Of a DNA stretch of 64,000 nucleotides, positions 10,301 to 20,654 are shown in pieces; within the stretch, counting starts at the first letter, position 1, and every line of letters begins with the position of its first letter. The stretch covers positions 4,416,001 through 4,480,000 of the forward strand of contig OZ252149.1 of the NCBI GenBank assembly GCA_965248755.1. Direction: 5' to 3'. The position numbers and the translations under genes were made by a program. The notes below the pieces were generated by a model. The model did not search any database, was not told the origin of the DNA, and saw only the letters and a program-made list of their open reading frames with translations. The stretch comes from Candidatus Latescibacterota bacterium (GTDB lineage: Bacteria; Latescibacterota; CBDEFO01).

Positions 10301-10514
10301 GTTGTGAAAATCTAAGAATGATATTGCTTAGCTACAGATTCAAAGGTCGTTTGATATACGGAAGATCTAAGGAAAACTCAACCTTTCGGAAGCTCGGGCA
10401 ATATGTTACCAAAGATTGCTATCCAGTCTGAGTTTTAAGTCACATGCTGCTGCTCGTCCTATGTTGACCACTCTAACTTTACTTCCCTAACACCCGCGTT
10501 GCTGTAGTCTTCCT

Positions 10515-10886
10515 CTAAGGATCCTCCAAATATCTCCTAATTGCCCTATTTACCAGTTCTGCCGTGGCTTTGCCTTCCTCTTTCGCCTTATTACTCAATG
10601 GTTCGTATAGTGCGTCTTCGATCCAGTGGGTTCTCCGTGACTTTGGACTTTTTGACTTCTGAAATTTCTGCGTGCTCTCAGCTTCTTCCTCGGCAAGCGA
10701 CGACGCTTCCTGCGAGTCTTCGGAGACTTTGCTCTGGTTTGTCTTTGAATGATCCAATTCATAGAGACGGTCCATTGATGAGATTTCTGGTACGTTTCTT
10801 CTCCGTAGAATTGCGAGCGCGACCAGTCCAAGAGCTAGAGACAGTCCGCTCGTCAAAAAGAGTCCCAAAATGATCCATTTATACAT
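10515..10886 (-). CDS. Small membrane-anchored protein with C-terminal ribbon-helix-helix-like domain
   Basis: N-terminal TM helix; acidic linker; RTHWIEDALYEPLSNKAKEEGKATAELVNRAIRRYL resembles CopG/RHH. Confidence 0.6.
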   Translation of the reverse strand: MYKWIILGLFLTSGLSLALGLVALAILRRRNVPEISSMDRLYELDHSKTNQSKVSEDSQEASSLAEEEAESTQKFQKSKSPKSRRTHWIEDALYEPLSNKAKEEGKATAELVNRAIRRYLEDP

Positions 10887-11360
10887 CAGTTACTTTCTTT
10901 CTCTATGCCTGGATATGTATCGTCTGCCCCTAATCCAATTTGGGCCCTTACACACACTGCAGAGCAACCGCCTCCTACTCTTTCTCTCCTGGTGTCTTTA
11001 TACCAGGAGCGCAGAGAAGAAAAGAGAGTTGCACAAGCCCAATGATCACCCAATCGAATGAGGGAATTACTGACTCGGGTGAATATACTGAAAAAAGAGA
11101 GAAAAGTCAATAACAATCGATCTGGATCCAGGTTCATTTAGGTTTTTCGGAGGTAAGCTAGCACTGACTGCACGCCAGGCGGGCCCGTCTGTTCGCTCCA
11201 AGCGCAGGGCAACACAGGCACTACATTAAGAAAGGGGTGCTCAAATCCAGCACACGACACAGTGCAGAAGTCTTACTTAATCTGAATACTGCACTTGGCT
11301 CCTACCCAAACTAAAGCTTCTAAGAAAATTAAATGGCCCTGCTAATCCAATTGGTTTCTC

Positions 11361-11389
11361 TTGACATCTAACAAGTTCGTCTGTATCAT
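11361..11389 (+). promoter_or_regulatory. Sigma70-type promoter
   Basis: TTGACA-17 nt-TATCAT. Confidence 0.55.
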
Positions 11390-11439
11390 TGTAGGTTAAT
11401 CGGTCTATATACTCCCCTTCCGTATTTTTTTGCAGCACA

Positions 11440-11640
11440 GTGAGAACCGACTATACTCAGGGGAGAATCCCAGTGCCTGGCCGGCCCTTACTGAAGCTAT
11501 TGGATTCTGGGCACATCTTGAGGAGTGAGATAGCGCGCATTCTTTCCGCTAAGGATCTTGATCTCGAGAAGGCCGTAATCGGAGAGCGAAGCGTTGCAGC
11601 CAAAGACGATAATGTATATTGGGGTCACCTGCTCAACTAA
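11440..11640 (+). pseudogene. Possible tyrosine recombinase remnant
   Basis: LLKLLDSGHILRSEIARILSAKDLDLEKAVI resembles the integrase box I (LL..TG.R.SE...L...D.DL). Confidence 0.35.
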
Positions 11641-12064
11641 GAGCAGAGCACTCATAAATCACGGAGATGTTAAAGGCAGGAGCCTGTGAGAATACAATAT
11701 GATGTAATACCTACATAGCACGCAGATATGATGTTATAAAAGGAAGTATGACATAGGCCATAATATAACTTAATATGCAATAAATTAGATTACATAGCAA
11801 GACATTAAGTTTTACGGAAGGAAATATAGGGTATTACCTATTCGTAATACTACGAACGGGAGGGTTCTATCTAATATTGCCACTCAGAGCAGAGAAGAAT
11901 TGACATCAGCGATGTCGCTGGATTGGATGAGCGAGCTGCTGGAAGCAAAGACGATTTTAACGCGTTTGATTGCCTTTGCATGAAATAAAGCTGTCAAGCA
12001 ATTTTGCGCATGAGCGTCCTAAGAATTACTCTCAAAAATCGTACGAGACGTTAAGGAGCACCAG

Positions 12065-13042
12065 ATGATCCTAGCTGGTGATGTAGGCGGTACGAAGGCG
12101 AGGTTGGCGCTTTACCAACTGGAAGATGGAAAGCTTATGCGCCAGCAGATGGAAACGTTTGTAAGCCGTGACTTTGCCAGTTTAGAAGACATAATACGTA
12201 CTTTTCTCTGTAAGAATTCGTGCTCTGCTGCGAAAGCCTGTTTTGGCGTTCCCGGTCCTGTTATAAAAGGGTATGCGCAGGTAACGAACTTGCCCTGGCT
12301 TTTGGATGAAGCACGTATTGCCGCTGGTCTTTCTATCTCATCCTTTAAGTTAGTCAATGATCTTGTGGCAACTGCTATGGCGATACCCCTCCTTGCTCAG
12401 GATGATCTGGTCACTTTGCACAAAAGTGAGCTAGTAGATGAGAAAGAAACCTGTGCTGTACTTGCTCCTGGTACCGGTCTTGGCGTGGCCTTTTTGCGTA
12501 ACGACGCTGGGCGCTGCCGCGCCTTAGCATCTGAAGGAGGGCACGTGGACTTTGCTCCCACAACAGAGGTAGAAATCGAACTCCTCAAATATCTGAAAGC
12601 AAAATTGGGTCGCGTCAGCTATGAACGTGTGCTTTCCGGCCCCGGGTTGGTTAATATCTACAACTTTCTTAAGGAAAGCGGTTTTGCTCCTGAACCTACG
12701 GAACTGGAAAAACGGTTTCAAAGGGAGGATCCTGCCGCTGTAATCTCCACTGCGGGGCAACGCGGTCAATATGAGCTTTGCGCGAAGGCACTGGACATCT
12801 TCGCTTCGATCCTGGGGTCCCAGGCCGGCAATATAGTACTGGCTACCCTGGCCACCGGCGGCGTCTACCTCGGCGGTGGAATCCCACCAAAAATATGTGA
12901 GAAGTTGCAGGACGGCACGACAGTGTCAGCTTACCTGAAGAAAGGACGGCTGTCAGAGGTAGTCAAAGCTACACCTTTGTATGTTATTCTCAATGACCAT
13001 GTGGCACTTCTCGGGGCGGCATACCTTGCGTCAACACTCTAA
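12065..13042 (+). CDS. glk: Glucokinase (E. coli Glk type)
   Basis: LAGDVGGTK, LVND, APGTGLG, SEGGH, ERVLSGPGL, GGVYLGGGI; AAGGAG RBS. Confidence 0.95.
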   Translation: MILAGDVGGTKARLALYQLEDGKLMRQQMETFVSRDFASLEDIIRTFLCKNSCSAAKACFGVPGPVIKGYAQVTNLPWLLDEARIAAGLSISSFKLVNDLVATAMAIPLLAQDDLVTLHKSELVDEKETCAVLAPGTGLGVAFLRNDAGRCRALASEGGHVDFAPTTEVEIELLKYLKAKLGRVSYERVLSGPGLVNIYNFLKESGFAPEPTELEKRFQREDPAAVISTAGQRGQYELCAKALDIFASILGSQAGNIVLATLATGGVYLGGGIPPKICEKLQDGTTVSAYLKKGRLSEVVKATPLYVILNDHVALLGAAYLASTL

Positions 13043-13112
13043 TCCAAGGAGTCAACACCTTTTGTCTACAAATTGTAGTTAGATGAAAATTTGAGCCTGA
13101 GAGAGTACAATT

Positions 13113-14024
13113 ATGCCTGGAACACGCAGAAGGTGGTGGATAGCGGCTTTCTTAAGTTTGGCATTACCGGGCCTCGGTCAGGTATATAATGGACAGCCGA
13201 AAAAAGGTTTGCTGCTTTTCATCTTTTTAGTCATTTGGTCTTTTGTGGCATTGATTATAGCGATAGGAATCCCTCTTGCTCGCTTTAATCTCATACCTCT
13301 GATTCTTATATTGGTATTTCTTCTGTATATTTTGATAGAAGCTATAATTACAGCTAGAAGGCTGGGAAGCAACTATCAACGTAAAACTTATAACAAGTGG
13401 TATATATACTTGATAGTATATGCGATCGCGAGCTTCGTATCGGAGCTTGCTCTGACACCTCTAACCAAAAGTTGTATTATTCAGGCCTTCCGTATTCCTT
13501 CCGGAGGTATGGAAGATACACTTCTGGTTGGAGATTTTATCTTTGCCAACAAGTTTATCTATGGTTCGAAGATCCCGTTTTGGGATATAAGACTTCCGGG
13601 CTTGAGGGAACCCAAGCCGGGCGATATAATAATATTTAAGTATCCTGAAGATCCCTCACGGGACTTTTTAAAGCGCTGTGTGGCTGTGGGGGGACAGACA
13701 GTCGAGATAAGAAATAAGAAGTTGTACGTGGATGGAAAAAGATTCCCCGATCCTCCTAAAGTTAAGTACGATAGCAGCAGGATGTCAAGGGGCAGGATAT
13801 TAAGTAAGAAGCGGGAACGTGTAGGAGATAACTACGGTCCGAGAAAATTGAAGGAGGGAGAACTTTTTATGTTGGGGGACAACAGGGATAACAGTCAGGA
13901 CAGCAGGTTTTGGGGACCGCTTCCGATGGAGAATGTCCTCGGGAAAGCCGTTATCATCTATTTTTCTTGGGATTCTGCGGCTAAACGGATAAGATGGAAC
14001 AGAATTGACCAAAGGATTCAATAA
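13113..14024 (+). CDS. lepB: Signal peptidase I with extra N-terminal TM domain
   Basis: FRIPSGGM (catalytic Ser), FLKR (Lys), LGDNRDNSQDSRFWG; N-terminal PGLGQVYNG TM module. Confidence 0.92.
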   Translation: MPGTRRRWWIAAFLSLALPGLGQVYNGQPKKGLLLFIFLVIWSFVALIIAIGIPLARFNLIPLILILVFLLYILIEAIITARRLGSNYQRKTYNKWYIYLIVYAIASFVSELALTPLTKSCIIQAFRIPSGGMEDTLLVGDFIFANKFIYGSKIPFWDIRLPGLREPKPGDIIIFKYPEDPSRDFLKRCVAVGGQTVEIRNKKLYVDGKRFPDPPKVKYDSSRMSRGRILSKKRERVGDNYGPRKLKEGELFMLGDNRDNSQDSRFWGPLPMENVLGKAVIIYFSWDSAAKRIRWNRIDQRIQ

Positions 14025-14058
14025 TGCATTACTACCACGCTCAAACTTGATCTAAAAA

Positions 14059-14733
14059 ATGTGCAAAATAATGAAAACACCTTTGTACGTGTTCCTGTGC
14101 CTGGTCTTTGTCGGCATCTGGCTTTTTGTCCCTCCATTGTGGGCGCAGCAGAAAGAGACCCAGTCGCAGTATCCATCTACCTCGCCAAAGTCCGGTGAGC
14201 GTTGCATCGTCTGCGGAGTCCTGCTGACAGAAAACGGCATAGTATTGATCGTTCGCGGCCGTCGGGTGCCATTAAAAAGAGCGATGGTCGATTCGTTCTT
14301 GAGTAATCAGGAAAAGTACTTTTCCCAAAAGCAGCCGAAAAGCGCCTTATTTCAGGAAGAACTTGATGTGCCGGTCGGTGTTGCACAAGGCGGAATCAGT
14401 TTGAGCTGGTTCCTCTTCGGCCTCTATGTGTTAGCCGCGCTGATTTTCGGCGGCATGAGCGGGTACACTGCGGTGTCAAAGGGTTTATCACCGATTCCTC
14501 ATTTTTTAATCGGTCTACTGTTCAACGTGTTCGGCTATCTGTACGTGTTGACCCGGAAAGCCACCGTCCAGAAAGGCGAGATACCGGCTGGCCTGGTCAA
14601 AGTGCCGATAACGCGTACGCCAGTTCCCTGCTCGGAGTGCGGCAGGACCAATCACCCGTCAGCCAGACGCTGCGCAGACTGCGGAGCCGATTTGGAACCG
14701 AAAATAGAGTCAGAAGTAGATCGGACGTCCTAA
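14059..14733 (+). CDS. Membrane protein with N-terminal CxxC domain and C-terminal zinc ribbon
   Basis: Signal peptide, CIVC, two TM helices, CSECG...CADCG. Confidence 0.75.
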   Translation: MCKIMKTPLYVFLCLVFVGIWLFVPPLWAQQKETQSQYPSTSPKSGERCIVCGVLLTENGIVLIVRGRRVPLKRAMVDSFLSNQEKYFSQKQPKSALFQEELDVPVGVAQGGISLSWFLFGLYVLAALIFGGMSGYTAVSKGLSPIPHFLIGLLFNVFGYLYVLTRKATVQKGEIPAGLVKVPITRTPVPCSECGRTNHPSARRCADCGADLEPKIESEVDRTS

Positions 14734-14743
14734 ATGAACTAGT

Positions 14744-14854
14744 GTCATTGCGAGGCGGCATGGGCGCTGCGTGCGTTGCTGCCACCCCGTTTTGCAGGGG
14801 GCACGAAGTGGGTGGGTGAAGCAATCCCCGATTGAATCTATCGGGGACAATCTC
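14744..14854. repeat. Palindromic repeat copy with nested 23-bp mini-palindrome (14825-14847)
   Basis: GTCATTGCGAG...GAAG-CAA-[TCCCCGATTGAATCTATCGGGGA]-CAA-TCTC. Confidence 0.85.
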
Positions 14855-14877
14855 AAATAAACTTGAGGTTATATATT

Positions 14878-17229
14878 ATGCCGGAAAAACGAGAGCAACT
14901 GTCTTTAGGAGATAAAATCAAAGATCAGATTGTCAAAATTCTTCACTCCGGAAGCAGCCAGAACGAGCGTCCCTATCTGAAGAAGCACAATGAGAGCAAC
15001 ATTCCCGGATTGTATATAATCGGAGACCTTGCCGGCGCGCCGGTGATTAAATATGCCATGAAGCAAGGGTACGAAATCATAGAGGACATCGCTTCGTTGG
15101 CCGGCGCTATCGGTGGAGATGACCCTGATCTTTTCGACGCAGTTATCATTGGTGCTGGTGCGGCCGGTTTGAATGCGGCGCTGCAAGCCAGAGAGCGCGG
15201 CATGCGTTACCTCCTCCTTGAAAAAGAGAAGCTCGCCAATACCATTGAAAATTTCCCCGAAGGCAAATGGGTGTACGCGGAACCCGATAGCCAGCCGTCC
15301 CAAGGTAAGCTCTGGCTCGATGGCGCCAGTAAGGAGGATTTGATCAAGCGTTGGCAACAGATCGTCAATGACAATCAACTCAACGTGCGAACAACGGAAG
15401 GGGTCACCAGCTGTGAGAAAAAAGACGGCATCTTTCATGTCCAAACGTCCAAAGGGGTATATCGCTCCAAACGGGTCGTATTGGCGACCGGACAGCGGGG
15501 GAACCCGCGCAAACTCAATGCGCCCGGTGAGGATCGGGAGCAAGTTTACCACCGTCTCTACTCACCGCGCAAGTACAAAAATGAGAACATCCTTGTAGTT
15601 GGAGGCGGAAACAGCGCTGTCGAAGCGGCGATCACACTTAGCGAAAGAAACAAGGTCTATCTTTCCTACCGCGGCGGTGAATTTGCTCGGATCTTCAAGG
15701 ACAACAGAGAAAAGCTCGATGAAAAAATCGCCACCAAAAAGATAGAGCCACTTTTAAACTCCAATGTGGTTGAATTCGGAGAAGATCAAGCCACGTTGAA
15801 GATGGATCGCGTCGGGTCCAAAGATACTCAAAAGGTCCCCTGCGACCACGCTTTTGTCTTAATTGGCGCCGAGGTGCCGCGTGATTTTCTCAAATCGATC
15901 GGCATCAAAATGGAAAACGAGTGGGAGGGGAGCATCCTGCGCTCCCTCGCTCTGGTACTCTTGGGCTTCATCGGGCTGTGGATTTTCGGAGTGCGGTTCG
16001 GTGGACATGCATCGCTTGCTGGCGTTGACCTGTCGTTTATTCCCGGGTGGATCGGCTTGCTGATCTGGGCGCTAGGACTTTATGGATTGATCCACTTTGG
16101 GAAAAAAGGTGACCGCTTCGCCTGGTTAGGGTTATCGTTCTTCGTCTGCTACACGGTCTACGGCGCCAAACTCGGTGCGGGTGAGGAGTTCTGGCCATAC
16201 AGAGATTGGGGCTATAGATTCCTTTCATTCTTTGATCGACCCTGGTCATTTTGGTACACAGTCCTCTACACGACCTTAATGACCGTCTTCGGCTTGCAGG
16301 CGCTCAAACGCTGGGGCCTCGACCGCAAGGACAAATTCCAAATCTGGCGCTATGTCAGTCTGATCAGCTTCCAGTTGATCTTCTTCTTTCTCATACCCGA
16401 GTTCCTCTTTCAATATGCGGTCAAATACCAGTGGGTCGGCGAAAATTTAGCTAACGATCCGGTCTTTGCCGAGCAGGCATGGCGCAGCTATGGCATCGTC
16501 TACGCCTGGCCGCTCTTTTTCTATACTTTTTTTTATAATCCGCATCAGATATGGGTGCTATGGGGCGTGTTTTTGACTTTTGTGATAATTCCGATTTTTG
16601 TCCTCTTTCATGGCAAACGCTATTGTTCGTGGATCTGCGGTTGCGGCGGACTGGCGGAGACATTTGGCGACCGCTGGCGACACCTTGCGCCCAAGGGTAA
16701 AACCTCAATCAAGTGGGAGCGGATGATTCTGGTAGTCTTGATCTTCGCCGCTGTCGTCACTGTGCTGGTTTTGGTCAAAGATATTTACGGAGTCATTGCC
16801 GGATCTGCGGATTTAGGGATACGTATCTACCGCCTCTGTGCAGATGTCTGGCTGGTCGGGATCTTGCCGGTGACGCTTTATCCGTTTATGGGTGGCAAAG
16901 TGTGGTGCCGCTACTGGTGCCCGTTGGCCAAATTGATGCATTTGCAATCGAATCTTTTCACCAAGCTCAAATGGAGCAAATATAAAATCGTCGCCAACGA
17001 CAAGTGCATCAGTTGCTACGAGTGCTCGCGCAATTGTGAGGTGGGCATCGACGTGATGAGCTTTGCTCTGAAGCAAGAAGAGCTGAACACCTTGAACAGC
17101 TCCTGCATCGGCTGTGGGATCTGCGTCAGCGTCTGCCCGATGGATGTCTTAAGTTTTGGCAAAGAGCCTGAAAAAGCAAGTTCTGGACTAGTGAAGTTGT
17201 TGAATACCCAAGGCGAGGTTGTCACTTAA
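14878..17229 (+). CDS. TrxB-like FAD/NAD(P) oxidoreductase fused to a polytopic NapH/MauN-like 4Fe-4S membrane domain
   Basis: IIGAGAAG, LATG, VVGGGNSA; many TM helices; CSWICGCG, CRYWCP, two CxxCxxCxxxC clusters; ATG 14878 preferred over TTG 14863. Confidence 0.85.
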   Translation: MPEKREQLSLGDKIKDQIVKILHSGSSQNERPYLKKHNESNIPGLYIIGDLAGAPVIKYAMKQGYEIIEDIASLAGAIGGDDPDLFDAVIIGAGAAGLNAALQARERGMRYLLLEKEKLANTIENFPEGKWVYAEPDSQPSQGKLWLDGASKEDLIKRWQQIVNDNQLNVRTTEGVTSCEKKDGIFHVQTSKGVYRSKRVVLATGQRGNPRKLNAPGEDREQVYHRLYSPRKYKNENILVVGGGNSAVEAAITLSERNKVYLSYRGGEFARIFKDNREKLDEKIATKKIEPLLNSNVVEFGEDQATLKMDRVGSKDTQKVPCDHAFVLIGAEVPRDFLKSIGIKMENEWEGSILRSLALVLLGFIGLWIFGVRFGGHASLAGVDLSFIPGWIGLLIWALGLYGLIHFGKKGDRFAWLGLSFFVCYTVYGAKLGAGEEFWPYRDWGYRFLSFFDRPWSFWYTVLYTTLMTVFGLQALKRWGLDRKDKFQIWRYVSLISFQLIFFFLIPEFLFQYAVKYQWVGENLANDPVFAEQAWRSYGIVYAWPLFFYTFFYNPHQIWVLWGVFLTFVIIPIFVLFHGKRYCSWICGCGGLAETFGDRWRHLAPKGKTSIKWERMILVVLIFAAVVTVLVLVKDIYGVIAGSADLGIRIYRLCADVWLVGILPVTLYPFMGGKVWCRYWCPLAKLMHLQSNLFTKLKWSKYKIVANDKCISCYECSRNCEVGIDVMSFALKQEELNTLNSSCIGCGICVSVCPMDVLSFGKEPEKASSGLVKLLNTQGEVVT

Positions 17230-17240
17230 AAAAGTAGACA

Positions 17241-17412
17241 GTGAGATTGGTTCTGCTTCGTGTCTCGTTCGGGGTCGCAACTCCTGACGGGGTTGGGGCT
17301 TGGAACCTCGCAATGACTTAAGGGTCAAATCCAAGCAACGTCATTGCGAGTCCCCGATTGAATCTATCGGGGAAGCCCACAGCGGAGCGAAGGGTCAGCG
17401 AAGTAATCTCAC
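17241..17412. repeat. Composite palindromic repeat (two inverted units plus mini-palindrome 17351-17373)
   Basis: GTGAGATTG...CTCGCAATGAC / GTCATTGCGAG-TCCCCGATTGAATCTATCGGGGA...GAAGTAATCTCAC. Confidence 0.85.
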
Positions 17413-17502
17413 CTCGAAAGGAGACGCGACGCAGAGTTCTGTCATTGAAACGGTTTTGCAGGACTTGTTTTTCCTATCTACTGAAGTTAAAGGGAATCTA
17501 CT

Positions 17503-18921
17503 ATGAACAAACAGGAATTCGGTTTAATAGGCCTGGGCGTTATGGGCCAAAATTTTGTGCTGAATGTTGAACGAAACGGTTTTAGCGTATCTGTTTACAA
17601 CCGAACTGCTTCAAGGACGACTGCCTTTGTTGAGGGCAAAGCAGCGGGTAAGGATATTAAACCGACTTACTTGCTGGAAGAATTTGTGGCGTCTTTGGAA
17701 AGACCGCGCCGCATCATGCTTCTGGTCAAAGCAGGAGCGCCTGTAGATGCTACTGTTGGACAACTTGTGCCTCTATTAGACGAAAATGACCTGATTATAG
17801 ACGGGGGCAACTCCTATTTTCTGGATACGGGGCGGCGTGCAAAAGAGCTAGAGGCTTACGGGATCAACTTTTTGGGTATGGGAGTTTCAGGCGGAGAAGA
17901 AGGCGCCCTGTGGGGACCGAGCCTGATGCCCGGCGGTTCTCCTGAGGCTTACAGGAAAGTTGAAGCGATTATGAAAGCTGTAGCCGCCCAGGCAGGGGAA
18001 GACGGGGAACCTTGTGTAACCTATATCGGACCGGGAGGTTCCGGGCATTACGTAAAGATGATTCACAACGGCATCGAGTACGGCGATATGCAGCTTATAG
18101 CTGAGGCATATGATCTCCTCAAAGGCGCTTTAGATCTTTCAGCGCTGGAATTCCATCAGCTTTTCTCTGAATGGAATGAGTCAGAACTCTCCTCTTTTCT
18201 TATCGAAATCACTGCCAAAGTTTTCGAAAAGATAGATGGAGAGACTGGAAAGCCGTTAGTTGACGTTATCCTGGACAAGGCAGGTCAAAAGGGAACGGGA
18301 AGATGGACCAGCCAAAACGCCCTGGAGTTGGGAGCCGCAATACCCACAATTACCGCCGCTGTGGACGGACGTATCCTATCGGCACAAAAAGATGAACGCG
18401 TTGCGGCGTCTAAGATCTTAAAGGGTCCGTCGGGAAAATATAGCGGCTCCTCACAGGAGTTGATAGGTTCGGTCAAAGATGCGCTCTATGCGGCTAAAAT
18501 CTGCTCTTATGCCCAGGGGATGAGCCTGCTTAGAACAGCTTCAGAAGAATACGAGTACAATCTGAACTTAGGCGCTATTGCGAAGATCTGGCGTGCAGGG
18601 TGTATTATCAGAGCAAGGCTCCTTGATGACATCACGAACGCCTACGATCGCAATGGGGGTTTGCCCAACCTGCTGGTTGACGAAGAATTCCGAAAGGCGA
18701 TCAACACCCGCCAGGGTGCCTTGCGTTTTTCGATTGGTAAAGCTGTAGAGTTAGGTGTCCCGGTTCCAGCTATGAGCGCTTCGCTGGCTTATTATGATGC
18801 CTACCGCAGCGAACGACTGCCCGCTAACTTGATCCAAGCTCAGAGGGATTTCTTCGGAGCCCACACCTTCCAGCGTATCGATAAGCCGGGCATTTATCAT
18901 GCCGATTGGGATATGGAATAA
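17503..18921 (+). CDS. gndA: 6-phosphogluconate dehydrogenase (NADP-dependent, decarboxylating)
   Basis: GLGVMG, VSGGEEGA, VKMIHNGIEYG, QAQRDFFGAH. Confidence 0.97.
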   Translation: MNKQEFGLIGLGVMGQNFVLNVERNGFSVSVYNRTASRTTAFVEGKAAGKDIKPTYLLEEFVASLERPRRIMLLVKAGAPVDATVGQLVPLLDENDLIIDGGNSYFLDTGRRAKELEAYGINFLGMGVSGGEEGALWGPSLMPGGSPEAYRKVEAIMKAVAAQAGEDGEPCVTYIGPGGSGHYVKMIHNGIEYGDMQLIAEAYDLLKGALDLSALEFHQLFSEWNESELSSFLIEITAKVFEKIDGETGKPLVDVILDKAGQKGTGRWTSQNALELGAAIPTITAAVDGRILSAQKDERVAASKILKGPSGKYSGSSQELIGSVKDALYAAKICSYAQGMSLLRTASEEYEYNLNLGAIAKIWRAGCIIRARLLDDITNAYDRNGGLPNLLVDEEFRKAINTRQGALRFSIGKAVELGVPVPAMSASLAYYDAYRSERLPANLIQAQRDFFGAHTFQRIDKPGIYHADWDME

Positions 18922-18976
18922 TCCCACAGCGGATAGGGTTCGCTAAGTAAGGACTCAAACTGACGAGGAGCATAAA

Positions 18977-20509
18977 ATGGATCGATCCACACCCACCGTT
19001 ATCGTTATCTTCGGTGCATCGGGAGATTTAACCAAACGTAAATTGATACCAGCCCTTTTTCAATTAGCCCACGAGGGTCTGCTTCCAGAACATACTCAGA
19101 TTGTAGGCTTTGCCCGGAGGCCGAAATCGCACGATCAGTTTCGGGCTGAAATGGGAGAGGCCGTGAAGAATTTTTCCCGAGCTCGGTCCGCAAAAGGCTC
19201 AAAAGAGTGGTCTGACTTCGCCTCGCGCCTTTACTACCACACGGCAAGCTTCGAAGATGCCCGTGGATTCGTCGGTCTAAAAGATTTACTTGGCCAGCTC
19301 GATAGAGATAAGGGGATTCCTGCCGACACTGGCAATCGCCTCCTCTATCTTTCTACTTCTCCCGATGTCTTCCCTGATATCATCACCATGCTCGAGGCAG
19401 CCGAACTCATCGCAGATCCATATGATAAGAGCCGCTGGACCCGCGTGATTGTGGAAAAACCCTTCGGGCGAGATCTAGATTCGGCCCGTAGCTTGAACAG
19501 GGACATACTGTCGATATTAGACGAAGGCCAGGTTTACCGTATTGACCACTATTTAGGCAAAGAGACGGTCCAAAATATTATGGCCTTCCGCTTCGGCAAC
19601 AGCATCTTTGAGCCTCTGTGGAATCGCCGCTACGTTGATCATGTTCAAATCACAGTGGCAGAGACCATGGGTGTAGAAGGGCGCGGCGGCTATTACGATC
19701 GTTCAGGGGCGCTGCGCGACGTGGTGCAAAATCACATGCTGCAGCTTTTGGCCTTGGTAGCCATGGAACCGCCTGCTTCCTTTGCCCCCGATGCTGTGCG
19801 AGGTGAAAAGGTGAAGGTATTAAGCGCCCTGCGTCCCATTTTGCCAGACGAGGTGGGTAAATATGCCATCCGCGGTCAATATAGCACTGGAACTATTAAT
19901 GGACGGGCGATCCCTGATTATCGCACGGAGTCGAATGTGGATCCTAACTCCTCCACTGAAACCTACGTAGCCTTGAAGTTACATGTTGACAACTGGCGCT
20001 GGGCGGATGTCCCCTTTTACCTGCGCACTGGAAAAGCCCTGCCGGAGCGTGTCACTGAAATTACTATCCAGTTTAAACAGCCTCCGTTAGCCCTTTTTGG
20101 CCATGCCTACCACGACGGCCATAAAAAGGCTGATAAAATGCAGCCTAACACCCTGCGTCTTCGGGTCCAGCCAGATGAGGGCATCAGCTTAAATTTCGGT
20201 CTGAAAATCCCCGGTCCACAAATGATTTTGCAACCCACCGATATGGAATTTTGCTACAGCGAAGTCTTCGAGGCCGAACCGCCTGAAGCCTATGAGCGCC
20301 TTATTCTGGACGCTATTTCGGGCGACAGCACTCTTTTTATACGCCACGATGAGGTAGAGGCTGCATGGGAGCTAATTGACGGCGTTCTGGAAGGTTGGGC
20401 ACAGGACAACCCGCCTCCGATTTACCCTTATCGGGCCGGTAGCTGGGGTCCACACACGGCAGATGAGTTTATAGAAAAAGATAGCAGAAGGTGGGCGGGA
20501 TTACAGTAA
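18977..20509 (+). CDS. zwf: Glucose-6-phosphate 1-dehydrogenase
   Basis: GASGDL, EKPFG, RIDHYLGKE, FYLRTGK. Confidence 0.97.
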   Translation: MDRSTPTVIVIFGASGDLTKRKLIPALFQLAHEGLLPEHTQIVGFARRPKSHDQFRAEMGEAVKNFSRARSAKGSKEWSDFASRLYYHTASFEDARGFVGLKDLLGQLDRDKGIPADTGNRLLYLSTSPDVFPDIITMLEAAELIADPYDKSRWTRVIVEKPFGRDLDSARSLNRDILSILDEGQVYRIDHYLGKETVQNIMAFRFGNSIFEPLWNRRYVDHVQITVAETMGVEGRGGYYDRSGALRDVVQNHMLQLLALVAMEPPASFAPDAVRGEKVKVLSALRPILPDEVGKYAIRGQYSTGTINGRAIPDYRTESNVDPNSSTETYVALKLHVDNWRWADVPFYLRTGKALPERVTEITIQFKQPPLALFGHAYHDGHKKADKMQPNTLRLRVQPDEGISLNFGLKIPGPQMILQPTDMEFCYSEVFEAEPPEAYERLILDAISGDSTLFIRHDEVEAAWELIDGVLEGWAQDNPPPIYPYRAGSWGPHTADEFIEKDSRRWAGLQ

Positions 20510-20654
20510 ATCAGAAAGAAGTAACTCAGCGACACACTTTAAGGGGAGTATCTTCCTTCTCCTCTGTTTCCTCATAAAGTAGTCTATCCACCAGTTACCG
20601 TTCCTTTTGATGACACCCATACTAGCACTCCTAAACCAGCGTTTGTTAGCTCTA

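Noticed and set aside
10886..11137. 83-aa minus-strand ORF upstream of the RHH-like gene
   Set aside because: No recognisable motif; may be a decayed membrane-protein gene but cannot be supported
17300..17570. Short ORFs 17300..17506, 17358..17570, 26490..26699, 26545..26730, 22131..22313
   Set aside because: They are translations of the palindromic repeats (shared SPIESIGEA peptides), not plausible genes
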